Positions 45,710 through 55,820 of a stretch of DNA of 64,000 bases are shown here, piece after piece. The stretch comes from an uncultured delta proteobacterium (GTDB lineage: Bacteria; Myxococcota_A; Polyangia; Polyangiales; Polyangiaceae): assembly GCA_963716725.1 (NCBI GenBank), contig CAVQUB010000007.1, positions 160,001-224,000 of the forward strand, in the 5' to 3' direction. How positions within the stretch are numbered: the first letter of the stretch is position 1; each line of letters begins with the position of its first letter. Made by a program: the position numbers and the translations under genes. Below the pieces are notes generated by a model. The model was not told where the DNA came from. It searched no databases and saw nothing but the letters and a program-made list of their open reading frames with translations.

Positions 45710-46126
45710 GTGGTCAATCCAACCTCCATCACCGGCCTGGCGACGGTGGCGCGCAGCGCGGCCATCGGAGCGCTGGCCACGCTGACGGATCTCGTCGCCC
45801 TCACCGTCCTCGTCAGCGGTTTCGGTCTCTCACCCCGTCTCGCCAGCGTGCCCGCGCTGGTGATCGGCATCGCGCTCCAGTTCGTGGGCAACAAGTGGTT
45901 CGCCTTCGGTGACCGATCGCGAGACTGGCTCCGACAAGGCACGCAGTTTCTCGGCGTCGAAGCCCTCGGCTTCACCGCCAACCTCCTGCTCTTCGATCTC
46001 GCGATCCGCTTCACCGCGCTGCCCTACCTACCGCTGCGCCTGCTCACCACCAGCATCGTCTACTTCGCGATCTGCTTGCCGCTTTGGTCGCTCATCTTCC
46101 GAAACCGCAGCCAGGAGTCGTCATGA
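45710..46126 (+). CDS. GtrA family membrane protein
   Basis: About 138 aa, four TM helices, IGALATLTD...[10 protein letters not shown] pattern. Confidence 0.8.
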   Translation: MVNPTSITGLATVARSAAIGALATLTDLVALTVLVSGFGLSPRLASVPALVIGIALQFVGNKWFAFGDRSRDWLRQGTQFLGVEALGFTANLLLFDLAIRFTALPYLPLRLLTTSIVYFAICLPLWSLIFRNRSQESS

Positions 46127-47325
46127 ACAACGTCGCGCTCGCAGTGACCGGTATCTGCACCGCTTGGACCGCGCTCGGCACGCTCGCGGTCATCCGCGCG
46201 ACGCGGGGGCAACGCCTGCCCGAGAGCATCGCCAAGCTGGTCGAGGATCCGCTGTCGACCAATCCCCTGGGTCGGCCTCGCGCGGGGCTCGCTGCCGATC
46301 TGCCGCCGGTCACCGTCTTGAAGCCGCTCTGCGGGACGGACGCAGGCCTTGCCGACAACCTGGAGAGCTTCTTCCTGCAAGATCACCCGCGGCTCGAGCT
46401 CGTGTTCGGCGTGCAGTGTCCGGACGATCCGGCCATCGGCGTGGTTCGGGAGCTCGCGCTGCGCTACCCCGAGGTCGCGGTGAAGCTGGTGGTGCACGCC
46501 GGCGGCGCGGCCATCAATCCCAAGGTCGACAATCTGATGGGCATGGCGCCCCACGCGTCCCACGATCTCTTGCTGATCAGCGACAGCAACGTGCGGGCTC
46601 CGACCCACTACGTCTCAGAGATGGTCGAGACGCTGCTCGCCGATCCGAAGAACGGGCTGGTCACCAACCTTCTGGCCGGCACCGGAGAAAACGGACTGGG
46701 CTCGGCTCTGGAGAACGTTCAACTCAACGGCTTCTGCGCTGCTGGTTCGGCGCTGCCGACGCTGCTGGGCGACGCGCTGGTGATCGGCAAGAGCATGCTG
46801 TTCTCGAGGAAGGTCTTCGAAGAGCTCGGAGGCTTTCGCCGAGTGGCGGACGTGCTCGCCGAGGACTACGTGATGGGCAAGCTGTTCCAACACGGGGGCT
46901 ACCGCGTGCGCATCGCGCCCACCGTGCTCGACAACGTGACGCGCGGCATGACGGTGCGCGGCTTCCTTCTGCGCCATCAGCGCTGGGCGATGCTCCGATC
47001 GCGCCTGCGCCCGGCGGCTCAGCTGGCCGAGCCGCTGACCAGTCCTCTCGCGTTGCTGCCGCTGGCCTGGTGGGGCATGGGCCCCGCCGCGGCGCTGACC
47101 TGGATCTTCGTGCTGCTCGCGCTCCGTGACGTCGGCGGCTGGGTGGCGCTCCGGGGGTTTCGTCACGCTTGGTTGCCGGCGCTGCTCTCCCCGCTGCGCG
47201 AGCTGTTCATGCTGCTGGTGTGGGCGCGCGCCCCGTTCAAGCGACACGTCGTGTGGCGCGGCCACAAGGTGAGGCTCGGCGCCGGCACGTTGGTCTTCGT
47301 TCCCGCCGAGGCCCGCGCTCGCTGA
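46123..47325 (+). CDS. Ceramide glucosyltransferase/HpnI-like glycosyltransferase (GT21/GT2)
   Basis: VTVLKPLCG, INPKVDNL, LISDSNV, IGKSM, LAEDY, RHQRW, VVWRG. ATGA overlap with the gtrA-like gene. Confidence 0.88.
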   Translation: MNNVALAVTGICTAWTALGTLAVIRATRGQRLPESIAKLVEDPLSTNPLGRPRAGLAADLPPVTVLKPLCGTDAGLADNLESFFLQDHPRLELVFGVQCPDDPAIGVVRELALRYPEVAVKLVVHAGGAAINPKVDNLMGMAPHASHDLLLISDSNVRAPTHYVSEMVETLLADPKNGLVTNLLAGTGENGLGSALENVQLNGFCAAGSALPTLLGDALVIGKSMLFSRKVFEELGGFRRVADVLAEDYVMGKLFQHGGYRVRIAPTVLDNVTRGMTVRGFLLRHQRWAMLRSRLRPAAQLAEPLTSPLALLPLAWWGMGPAAALTWIFVLLALRDVGGWVALRGFRHAWLPALLSPLRELFMLLVWARAPFKRHVVWRGHKVRLGAGTLVFVPAEARAR

Positions 47326-47421
47326 CGCTGCCCGCGCCCTGCGTGCGGGTCGCGCGCGCGCGCTTTGCCGGGGCGATTCCGCGCTGGATCGCCGCCGATC
47401 GACCGTGTAGCGTCCGCAGTC

Positions 47422-47958
47422 ATGAAGATCGAGACCGTCACCATCACGCGCCTGCGCGATGCGCTCCTCGCGAGCGGTCGTCGGCCGACGACCGTGCTCT
47501 CACCGGCCTATGAAACCCTGACCCGCGAGGGGCTGCTCAGCAACGAAGAAACCATCGCGCTGTCGCGCGTCGAGCCGCTGGCTGAGACCATGTTCTTGAT
47601 GATGAGCGCCGACGGGAAGATCGAAGAGTCAGAGCGCGACGTCGTGCGCGGAGCCATTCGAGGCCTCAGCGACAACATTCTGCGCAGCGGCACGATCAAT
47701 GTGATGATCGAGACCTATCAAAAGCGCCTCGACGAGCAGGGTCGGGACACGCGCCTGCACGAGATCGCGGAAGAGATCGCCGGCGAGCCCAGCGAGCTCG
47801 AAGGCGCGTTTGCGCTGGCGGCTGCAGTGGCCCTCGCGGACGAGGAAGTGGCGGACGAGGAGAACGCGCTCATCAACCAGCTCGCCGAGTGGTTCGGGAT
47901 CTCGGAAGAACGCGCGGGAGAGATCCTCGACCAACTCGAGGCAGACGCTGGCGATTGA
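47422..47958 (+). CDS. TerB-like (tellurite resistance fold) protein
   Basis: LMMSADGKIEESE and VALADEEVADEENALINQLAEWFGI, the duplicated ADG..E motif. Confidence 0.78.
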   Translation: MKIETVTITRLRDALLASGRRPTTVLSPAYETLTREGLLSNEETIALSRVEPLAETMFLMMSADGKIEESERDVVRGAIRGLSDNILRSGTINVMIETYQKRLDEQGRDTRLHEIAEEIAGEPSELEGAFALAAAVALADEEVADEENALINQLAEWFGISEERAGEILDQLEADAGD

Positions 47959-47965
47959 CGGCGCC

Positions 47966-48466
47966 ATGACCGAGACAGCATCGGGGCACGAGCCTTCGCC
48001 GCCAGCCGCTACAGCGACCGACGCCGACGCCACTGCGGCGACCGACGCCGACAGTCCCATCGAAGATCCGATGGCCACGGGTCGCGCGGCCGAGGTCGAC
48101 GTGATCGCGCTCGAGCGCTTCGCGTCCCGCGCGGGCATCCTGTCCAAGGTCTGTTTCGCTGCAGGCGCCCTGGCGGTGATCGTCGTCGCCGTGTCGTTCA
48201 CGGGTCGAGTCGATTCGGGTGTCGTCATGTACGTCGCGCCGGTCGGCGCGCTGCACGTCTGGTTGGGCGTGCTGCTGGGTCGGGCGTCGTCGTCGCTCGC
48301 AGACGCTGCCAGCGCCCGCTGGTCGGAGCGCGCGCCCTTCTCCTCGGCCGTGCGCGAGTTGCACGCCGCGCTGGGCGTCCAGCTGGTGGTGACCGGATTT
48401 CTGGTGTTCTTGATGGCGCTCGCGCTGCTCGTTGCGGCGGCTTTCCAGCGTGTGACGGTGATCTGA
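47966..48466 (+). CDS. Hypothetical membrane protein
   Basis: Open frame from ATG 47966 with three hydrophobic segments. It fills the gap before the convergent gene. Confidence 0.55.
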   Translation: MTETASGHEPSPPAATATDADATAATDADSPIEDPMATGRAAEVDVIALERFASRAGILSKVCFAAGALAVIVVAVSFTGRVDSGVVMYVAPVGALHVWLGVLLGRASSSLADAASARWSERAPFSSAVRELHAALGVQLVVTGFLVFLMALALLVAAAFQRVTVI

Positions 48467-49429
48467 TCAGCGCGGATTTCGCACGCAGCGAAAGCCGAGC
48501 GCCGGCACGCGGTAGGTCTTCTTGGAGGCGGCACGCCAGGCCACCCGGAGCGCCTCCTTGCTGCGGTTCCAACCGCCCCCGCGCAGCGTGCGCACGTAGC
48601 ACTCGCCGGCGATGCTCGGATGCGCTTGCGGATCCGGATCCACGACCTTGTCACTCGGGTAGTGGACGTAGCAGTCGCCGGTCCACTCCCAGAGGTTGCC
48701 GCCGAGATCGTAAAGGTCCCCGTTGGGCCAGCCGCTCTTGCCCTTCGGGTGCGCTCTCACCTTGCTGGTGCCGCCGCCGTGACAGCCGACGTCGCCGGCC
48801 GGATCCGAGTGCGGGGAACCGCCCGGAGTGAAGTCAGCGGTGCCGTTCTCGCAGGTCGGCTCCAGATCACCCCAAGCGTACTTGCGGCCGTCGCCGTGTC
48901 CCGCGGCCCACTCGAACTGCGCCTCGGTCGGCAGCGACTTGCCGTGACTCTCGCAATAGTGCTTGGCCTGTCCAAAGTTGACCATGTTGATCGGGTGTTC
49001 GTCGCGCTGAAACTCGGGGCGAAAGTTGCTGTTCAGATCGTTGAGCTGCGGCGTCGTGCAGGTGCCGGCGTTCACGCACTCTCGATAGGCCGCCACCGTC
49101 ACCTCGGTCTCGTCCATGCAGAAGGGTCGCGTCAACACCACGGTGTGCTTCTGGTCCATCGCGCCTCGTGGCCCGCGCCCCATTTCGAAACCGCCCGGTC
49201 CGGTCGCAGGAACGTAGACTTCACCCGCTCCGCAGTTCGGCACACAGCGTCCGGCGTCGCAGCGCTCGATGCCGTTGCACGCAGGTGTGCAGGCAGGAGG
49301 AGCCGGCGCGGCGGCCGGCGCGGCTTCGACTCTTGGCGCGGCGCTCGCTGAGGGCACTGGCGAGTCGTGGCTGCTCTTGCCGCAGGCGGCGAGCGACAGC
49401 ATTGCCAGCCACCAGACGCGTGCGCTCAT
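48467..49429 (-). CDS. Formylglycine-generating enzyme (SUMF1/EgtB/PvdO) domain lipoprotein
   Basis: Lipobox LAAC, FCMDETEVT, LPTEAQFEWAA, LYDLGGNLWEW, RGGGW, GFRC. Confidence 0.9.
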   Translation of the reverse strand: MSARVWWLAMLSLAACGKSSHDSPVPSASAAPRVEAAPAAAPAPPACTPACNGIERCDAGRCVPNCGAGEVYVPATGPGGFEMGRGPRGAMDQKHTVVLTRPFCMDETEVTVAAYRECVNAGTCTTPQLNDLNSNFRPEFQRDEHPINMVNFGQAKHYCESHGKSLPTEAQFEWAAGHGDGRKYAWGDLEPTCENGTADFTPGGSPHSDPAGDVGCHGGGTSKVRAHPKGKSGWPNGDLYDLGGNLWEWTGDCYVHYPSDKVVDPDPQAHPSIAGECYVRTLRGGGWNRSKEALRVAWRAASKKTYRVPALGFRCVRNPR

Positions 49430-50619
49430 GGTCGCGCCTGCTTCTTCGTGCGGGGAGCGAGCTTCATGCACGACAATTCCCCGGGATCGCCCACCTCGGC
49501 GCCGCCGGTCGCCGCCGAGAGTCGCTGCAAGTGGCCCTTGAACGCGCGCTCACGGGGGGGCCGCGTCTTGCCCTCGAAGGGCATCGGGAGGTGCCCGAGC
49601 ACATGGTACGGGCACGCCTCGGCCTCGAGGCGGCCGTCGGAGTGGAAGGTCACCCGGGCCATGAAGCTCGTTCCAGTCCAAGGGTAATCGCTATGCATGG
49701 CGAAGACCAAATTGCCGAGGCTGTAAAACGCCGGCTTGCCCGCGTGCCACGCGACGCCGTGGGGCACGTGGGGGTGATGCCCGAAGAACGCGTCGACCCC
49801 CGCGGCCATGACCTGAGACACGAAGCTACGCGTCCACTGCATCGGTACGTCGAGGTACTCGCCACCCCCGTGATAGAGCACCAGCACGAGGTCGTGCTCT
49901 TTGCGCGCCTTCGCCAGCGGCGCCTCGAGCAGCTTGAAGGCGGCCCAGGCCACGTGGTGCCTGCCTTCGTGCTCCTGAATGGGTCCCTGATTCCAGATGT
50001 CCGTCACGCCGAAGACCGCGACGCTGAAGCCCTTGGCCGAGATCACCGTGGGTTCGTAGATGCGTGACCGCTCACGGCTGGCGCCGGCGTAGCGCACACC
50101 CGCTCGCTCCAGGTTGTCGAGAGTCTCGAAGAACGCGCCCTTGCCGTAGTCCCAAGCGTGGTTGTTCGCGAGAGAGACCAAGTCGATGCCGGCGCGCGCG
50201 AGCACCTCGGCGCCGCCGGGCGGCCCGGTAAAAACCAGGTGGTTGTTCGGGTGCTGCGTCTGACCCTTCTGATCGCTCAGCTGCGACTCGAGGTTGACGA
50301 TGCGAATGTCTGCGCTCCGCATCAACGGCGCGATGGAGCGGAACGGGTCGTACTTCGGGTCCTTCAGGATCTGCTGGCCTGCGCCGCGCCCCAGGCTCAC
50401 GTCACCGCCGACGAGGACCACGAGCCGATCGGCCTTCGCCGTAGGCGTCGGCGCGGCGTCCAGCGCAGGCGTGGACGACTTCGCGTTCGGTGCCGGAGCT
50501 GACGCCGACGCGCTCGCGGTGGTTTGTGCGCGTCGCGCTGCGTGGTCCCCGGTTGGGGACTCTTGGCAAGCGACGAACCCGCCGAGCAGCACGCCGAGCA
50601 ATCCGAAGTTGCTTCGCAT
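49426..50619 (-). CDS. CapA/PGA_cap family metallophosphoesterase-like lipoprotein
   Basis: Lipobox FVAC, GDVSLGR, VNLES, SLANNHAWDYG, HGGGEY, GHHPHV, YSLGNLVF. Confidence 0.9.
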   Translation of the reverse strand: MRSNFGLLGVLLGGFVACQESPTGDHAARRAQTTASASASAPAPNAKSSTPALDAAPTPTAKADRLVVLVGGDVSLGRGAGQQILKDPKYDPFRSIAPLMRSADIRIVNLESQLSDQKGQTQHPNNHLVFTGPPGGAEVLARAGIDLVSLANNHAWDYGKGAFFETLDNLERAGVRYAGASRERSRIYEPTVISAKGFSVAVFGVTDIWNQGPIQEHEGRHHVAWAAFKLLEAPLAKARKEHDLVLVLYHGGGEYLDVPMQWTRSFVSQVMAAGVDAFFGHHPHVPHGVAWHAGKPAFYSLGNLVFAMHSDYPWTGTSFMARVTFHSDGRLEAEACPYHVLGHLPMPFEGKTRPPRERAFKGHLQRLSAATGGAEVGDPGELSCMKLAPRTKKQARP

Positions 50620-50704
50620 GGCGAGACTCCGACAATTGTGGCAGATGAGCGCCGTCAGGGCTCGTTTCTGGCTTCCGCTCTCTCGCCGCGAGATAGTGCG
50701 CCGG

Positions 50705-52228
50705 ATGCGGCGCGCAGCTTTCTCCGGAGCAGCCGTGATGGTGGCATGTGCTGCCACGCGCGGCCCCGCGCCGTCTGCGCAGGCGCCCGGGCCAGGGTCC
50801 ACGCAGACCAAGCCGCCGGCGACCCACCGGCAGGTGGTCGACGCGAACCCGACCAGCGGCGACGCGGCGCGCGCCGTCCCCCCCGGCGAGTATTTCGGCG
50901 CCGGCTATCCTCGCGCTTCGGCTCGGCGCGCCGGAATCGGATCGCTCTCGTGGGGAACCTGGATCCAACCGGCGCCCCGGGCGGGAGCGCTCCCGCTCGG
51001 CAGCATTCGCCCCGGAAGCAGCCTCGCGCTCGAGTCTCCGGAGATCCTCGGCGGCAACGGCAAGTGTCCGCGCTTCGTGCGCGTCGCTGGCGGCTACGTG
51101 TGCGCAGGGTCACGCGCGACCCTGGACATGGATTCACGCTGGATGAAGGCTGGACGCTGGACCGAGCCGGCGCCGGGCGTGATGCCCTACCAGTACGCGT
51201 TGAGCGTCGGCGCGCCGATGCTCACCCGTCCGCTGCCGCTCGAGAAGATGCTCTGGAGGACGGGCGCCCGCGACCGGCCGAAAATGCGTGGGTGGAACGA
51301 GGGCCACGACGAGCTCGCCGAGAGTGAGCCCATCGTTGCGAACGGCGAGATCCCGGACTTCCTCCGCGACGGCGGCCAGGTGCCGACGCCTTGGGGCGAG
51401 CCCAAGGGGGTGTTCTTCAAGATGCTCCCGGCGGGCACCATGATCGCCTACACGCGGGCCTTCGAAGCGTTCGGGGAGGTCTGGGTGCTCTCGACCGACA
51501 TGACGGTGGTCCCTGCGCGAGGGCTCAAACGCTTTCGCACCTCCGAGTTTCGTGGCCAGGAGCTTGGTGCTGGCGTCGAGCTGCCCATCGCGTGGATGCG
51601 CAATAAGCCGCGTGCGCAGTGGCGCAAGACAGGCGCCGGCTTCGAGCCCACCGGCGTGACCTGGCCCATCAGGACCCACGTCGCGCTCACGGGTCGCGAA
51701 GAGAAGCACGACAAGAAGTGGTTCCTCGAGACGCGGGTGCCCGGGATCTTCATCGAGCGCGGTGACGCCAACGTGGTGACTGCGCGACCGAAGCCGCCTT
51801 GGGAGACGAAGGGCACTGGCAAGTGGATCCACGTGCGCGTGAACCGCGGCACGCTGACGCTCTACGAAGGGCCGAAACCCGTCTTCACGACGCTGATGTC
51901 TCCTGGCAAAGAGGACGCGACGCCCTACGGTCGCTACTTCGTCGAGAGCAAGCATCACTTCTCGACCATGAGCACCGAAGACGGCGAGCCGAAGCGGTCG
52001 TGGATCGCAGACGTGCCGTGGACCGTCTACTTCAAGCGGCCCTACGCCATCCACGCCAGCTATTGGCACGAGGACTTTGGCGAGCGCAAGAGCGGCGGCT
52101 GCGTCAACCTGTCGCCCCTCGACGCCAAGCGGGTCTTCGACTGGATCGAGCCCGACCTGCCCGCCGGTTGGGACACCGTGCAGGCCTACGGCATGGGGGG
52201 CGGGACCTTCGTGTTGGTCGAAGGCTGA
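50705..52228 (+). CDS. L,D-transpeptidase (YkuD) family lipoprotein
   Basis: Lipobox-like MVAC and a C-terminal YkuD domain (TPYGRY...VPW...AIHASYWHEDFGERKSGGCVNLSPLDA). The start could be 50645. Confidence 0.88.
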   Translation: MRRAAFSGAAVMVACAATRGPAPSAQAPGPGSTQTKPPATHRQVVDANPTSGDAARAVPPGEYFGAGYPRASARRAGIGSLSWGTWIQPAPRAGALPLGSIRPGSSLALESPEILGGNGKCPRFVRVAGGYVCAGSRATLDMDSRWMKAGRWTEPAPGVMPYQYALSVGAPMLTRPLPLEKMLWRTGARDRPKMRGWNEGHDELAESEPIVANGEIPDFLRDGGQVPTPWGEPKGVFFKMLPAGTMIAYTRAFEAFGEVWVLSTDMTVVPARGLKRFRTSEFRGQELGAGVELPIAWMRNKPRAQWRKTGAGFEPTGVTWPIRTHVALTGREEKHDKKWFLETRVPGIFIERGDANVVTARPKPPWETKGTGKWIHVRVNRGTLTLYEGPKPVFTTLMSPGKEDATPYGRYFVESKHHFSTMSTEDGEPKRSWIADVPWTVYFKRPYAIHASYWHEDFGERKSGGCVNLSPLDAKRVFDWIEPDLPAGWDTVQAYGMGGGTFVLVEG

Positions 52229-52237
52229 CAGCGCGGA

Positions 52238-53101
<864 letters not shown>

Positions 53102-53326
53102 CTTGTCGTGCCCTCCGCGGCGCGGAGATTCGCGCACAACGCGCCGCGGCGTCAACGCGATTGTGGGCCCACCCGAGCCGAGCTGGGGTTCAATGGGCTA
53201 GGATCCACGCGTGGCTCCGTCGCACTTCGCGTGGTTCGCGGTGGCGTCGGTGCTCGCGGCGTAGGAACGCAGCGACTGCCAGGACTGCGCTGGATGTAAC
53301 TTCGGCTCCGGGAAGTCTCATTGACC

Positions 53327-53366
53327 GCGCAGCGGCGCAGCGGCGCAGCGGCGCAGCGGCGCAGCG
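53327..53366. repeat. Intergenic 8-bp tandem repeat (GCGCAGCG)x5
   Basis: Directly visible between TTGACC (53321-53326) and the ATG at 53381. Confidence 0.9.
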
Positions 53367-53380
53367 ACGGCGCAAGTGCT

Positions 53381-54199
53381 ATGAGTGATCTGATGGTGGG
53401 TCGACGTCTGGCTTCGGGCATTGCGATCGCGATCGCGGTCACGGTCGGTTGCGGGATCGAGGAAGACGGCGCCGGCTTGTTTGCCACCGGTGGCTCGGGT
53501 GGCAGCACGGGGGGCACGCCCGGCGGCGGTGCCGGCGGAGCTGTCGGAGGATCAGGCGCCGCGAGCGGCGCTGGCGGCGCTGCAGGAGCTGGCGGTGGTG
53601 GAGCCGGAGGGGCCGCGGGCAGCGGCGGCGGCTCCGGTGGAAGTGCGGGCACTGGCGGAGCCGGTGGCACCAGCGGCAGCGGTGGCAGCGGTGGAACGAC
53701 CGGCGGCAGTGGCGGCGCCGGCGGAACCACGGGCGGTAGCGGTGGAACGACCGGCGGCAGCGGTGGCACGACCGGCGGCAGCGGCGGAACGACCGGCGGT
53801 AGCGGTGGCACGACCGGCGGCAGCGGTGGCACGACCGGCGGCAGCGGTGGAACGACCGGCGGCAGCGGTGGAACGACCGGCGGCAGCGGCGGCAGCGGTG
53901 GAACGACCGGCGGCAGCGGCGGCGCAACGGGCGGGAGTGGTGGCAGCGGTGGCGTAGTCAACTGCTCGACCAAATTCAGCGGCGCGACGGGCGTGAACAA
54001 CGTGTGCTCCAGCACGGTCGCCAACGAGTGCAAACTCAACTTCGACCCGGGCGACGCCAGCTGTCAGCAGATCTGCCAGACCGCCGGCGGAACCTGCAAG
54101 TCAGTGCACGACAACACCGGAACCTGCGGCACTCAAACCTCCACGACGAGCTGCACCAACACTTCGTGGTCCAGCGCCATCTGCTTCTGCACCATGTGA
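53381..54199 (+). CDS. Lipoprotein with Gly/Ser/Thr repeat linker and small Cys-rich C-terminal domain
   Basis: Lipobox TVGC, many GGSGGTT 21-nt repeats (about 53690-53930), Cys-rich tail. The start could be 53393. Confidence 0.75.
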   Translation: MSDLMVGRRLASGIAIAIAVTVGCGIEEDGAGLFATGGSGGSTGGTPGGGAGGAVGGSGAASGAGGAAGAGGGGAGGAAGSGGGSGGSAGTGGAGGTSGSGGSGGTTGGSGGAGGTTGGSGGTTGGSGGTTGGSGGTTGGSGGTTGGSGGTTGGSGGTTGGSGGTTGGSGGSGGTTGGSGGATGGSGGSGGVVNCSTKFSGATGVNNVCSSTVANECKLNFDPGDASCQQICQTAGGTCKSVHDNTGTCGTQTSTTSCTNTSWSSAICFCTM

Positions 54200-54266
54200 G
54201 ATCCCCGGTGCGACCTGCCCGCCCCTTGCCGGCGTGGCTTGGAGCGGCGACCATCGCCCATCCGAC

Positions 54267-55820
54267 ATGACGTCCCTGCCCCCGACCGACAATCCGTTGC
54301 GCGCCGGAGTGCTCGAGGATCTGAGCGTCGATCCCTGCGTGCTCGTGATCTTCGGGGCGAGCGGTGACCTCACGGGCCGCAAGCTCTTGCCCGGCGTGTA
54401 CGCGCTCGCCAAAAACCGCATGCTGCCGAGCGCATTCGGGCTCGTCGGGTTCGCCCGGCGACCGATGAGCGACGACGATCTGCGTGGCAAAATGCGGACG
54501 GCAGTCGACAAGTACGCACGACAGAAGCCGGTCGACGATCTGGTCTGGGACGACCTGGCCCGGGGCATGCGCTACGTGCAAGGGGCCTTCGACGACGCCG
54601 CGGCCTACGAGCAGCTGCGCACGACCCTCGACGAGCTCGACAGCGAGCGCGGCACCCGCGGCGGACGCACGTTTTACCTGGCGGTACCTCCGGACGCGGT
54701 GCGGACCATCGTCGAGAACCTGGTGCGCGCCGGGCTCTGCCCGCCGCCGAGCACTGACGGCGCCCCCTACGCTCGGGTGATTGTCGAAAAACCCTTCGGC
54801 GTCGATCTCGCGTCGGCCAAGCAGCTCAATCGGGACTTGCTCGGCCTGCTCGACGAGCGACAGGTGTTCCGCATCGACCATTATCTGGGCAAAGAGACCG
54901 TGCAAAACCTGTTGGTCTTGCGCTTTGGCAACACCATCTTCGAGCCGATCTGGAACCGCAACCACGTCTCCCACGTCGAGCTCACCGTTGCCGAACACAT
55001 TGGCATGGAAGGCCGCGGCAAGTTCTACGAACAGACCGGGCTCATGCGCGACATCGTGCAGAACCACGCGCTGCAGTTGCTGTCGCTGGTGGCGATGGAG
55101 GCGCCAGTAGCCTGGGACGCCGACGCCGTGCGTGACGAGAAGGTGAAGGCCTTGCGCGCGCTCCGACCCATCCGCAGCGTCGAGGAGGTCTGCGCTCAGG
55201 CCGTGCGCGGACAGTACGACGCCGGCGTGGTTCGCGGCGACGCGGTCCCCGGCTATCGTGAAGAGCCAGACGTCGCTGAGCACAGCGAGGTCGAGACCTA
55301 CGTGGCCATCGCCGCGCGGGTGGACAACTGGCGCTGGGCCGACGTGCCCTTCTACCTGCGGGCGGGCAAGCGACTCGGCAAACGCGTGACGCAGATCGTG
55401 CTGCACTTCAAGCCGCTGCCCCACCCGCTCTTCGACACCAGCGCGATGAGCTTGCGCCAGCCGAACTCGTTGGTGTTGCGCATCCAACCCGACGAAGGCA
55501 TCGCGCTGCGCTTTGCCAGCAAGATCCCCGGACAGGGCGTGGCGATGCGGGACGTCGCCATGGACTTTCGCTACGGGACTGCCTTCGGCCACGAGAGCCC
55601 GGAGGCCTACGAACGCCTCTTGCTCGACGCCATGCGCGGAGATGCCACGCTCTTCACGCGCCATGACGAGGTGGAAGCCCAGTGGTCCTTCGTGGATCCT
55701 ATCCTCGGGGCGTGGCGGAACAACCAGGCCCCGCTCGCGCGCTACGAGGCGGGCGGTTGGGGCCCTGCGGAGGCGGACGCCATGACGCTGCGCACGCAGC
55801 ACCAGTGGAGCAAGCCGTGA
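54267..55820 (+). CDS. zwf: Glucose-6-phosphate 1-dehydrogenase
   Basis: IFGASGDL, VEKPFG, RIDHYLGKETVQN, RDIVQNH, PFYLRAGK, EAYERLL. Confidence 0.97.
   Translation: MTSLPPTDNPLRAGVLEDLSVDPCVLVIFGASGDLTGRKLLPGVYALAKNRMLPSAFGLVGFARRPMSDDDLRGKMRTAVDKYARQKPVDDLVWDDLARGMRYVQGAFDDAAAYEQLRTTLDELDSERGTRGGRTFYLAVPPDAVRTIVENLVRAGLCPPPSTDGAPYARVIVEKPFGVDLASAKQLNRDLLGLLDERQVFRIDHYLGKETVQNLLVLRFGNTIFEPIWNRNHVSHVELTVAEHIGMEGRGKFYEQTGLMRDIVQNHALQLLSLVAMEAPVAWDADAVRDEKVKALRALRPIRSVEEVCAQAVRGQYDAGVVRGDAVPGYREEPDVAEHSEVETYVAIAARVDNWRWADVPFYLRAGKRLGKRVTQIVLHFKPLPHPLFDTSAMSLRQPNSLVLRIQPDEGIALRFASKIPGQGVAMRDVAMDFRYGTAFGHESPEAYERLLLDAMRGDATLFTRHDEVEAQWSFVDPILGAWRNNQAPLARYEAGGWGPAEADAMTLRTQHQWSKP

Noticed and set aside
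47422..47958. TerB as part of a ter stress or anti-phage cluster
   Set aside because: It is a single TerB-fold gene with no other ter genes in the window.
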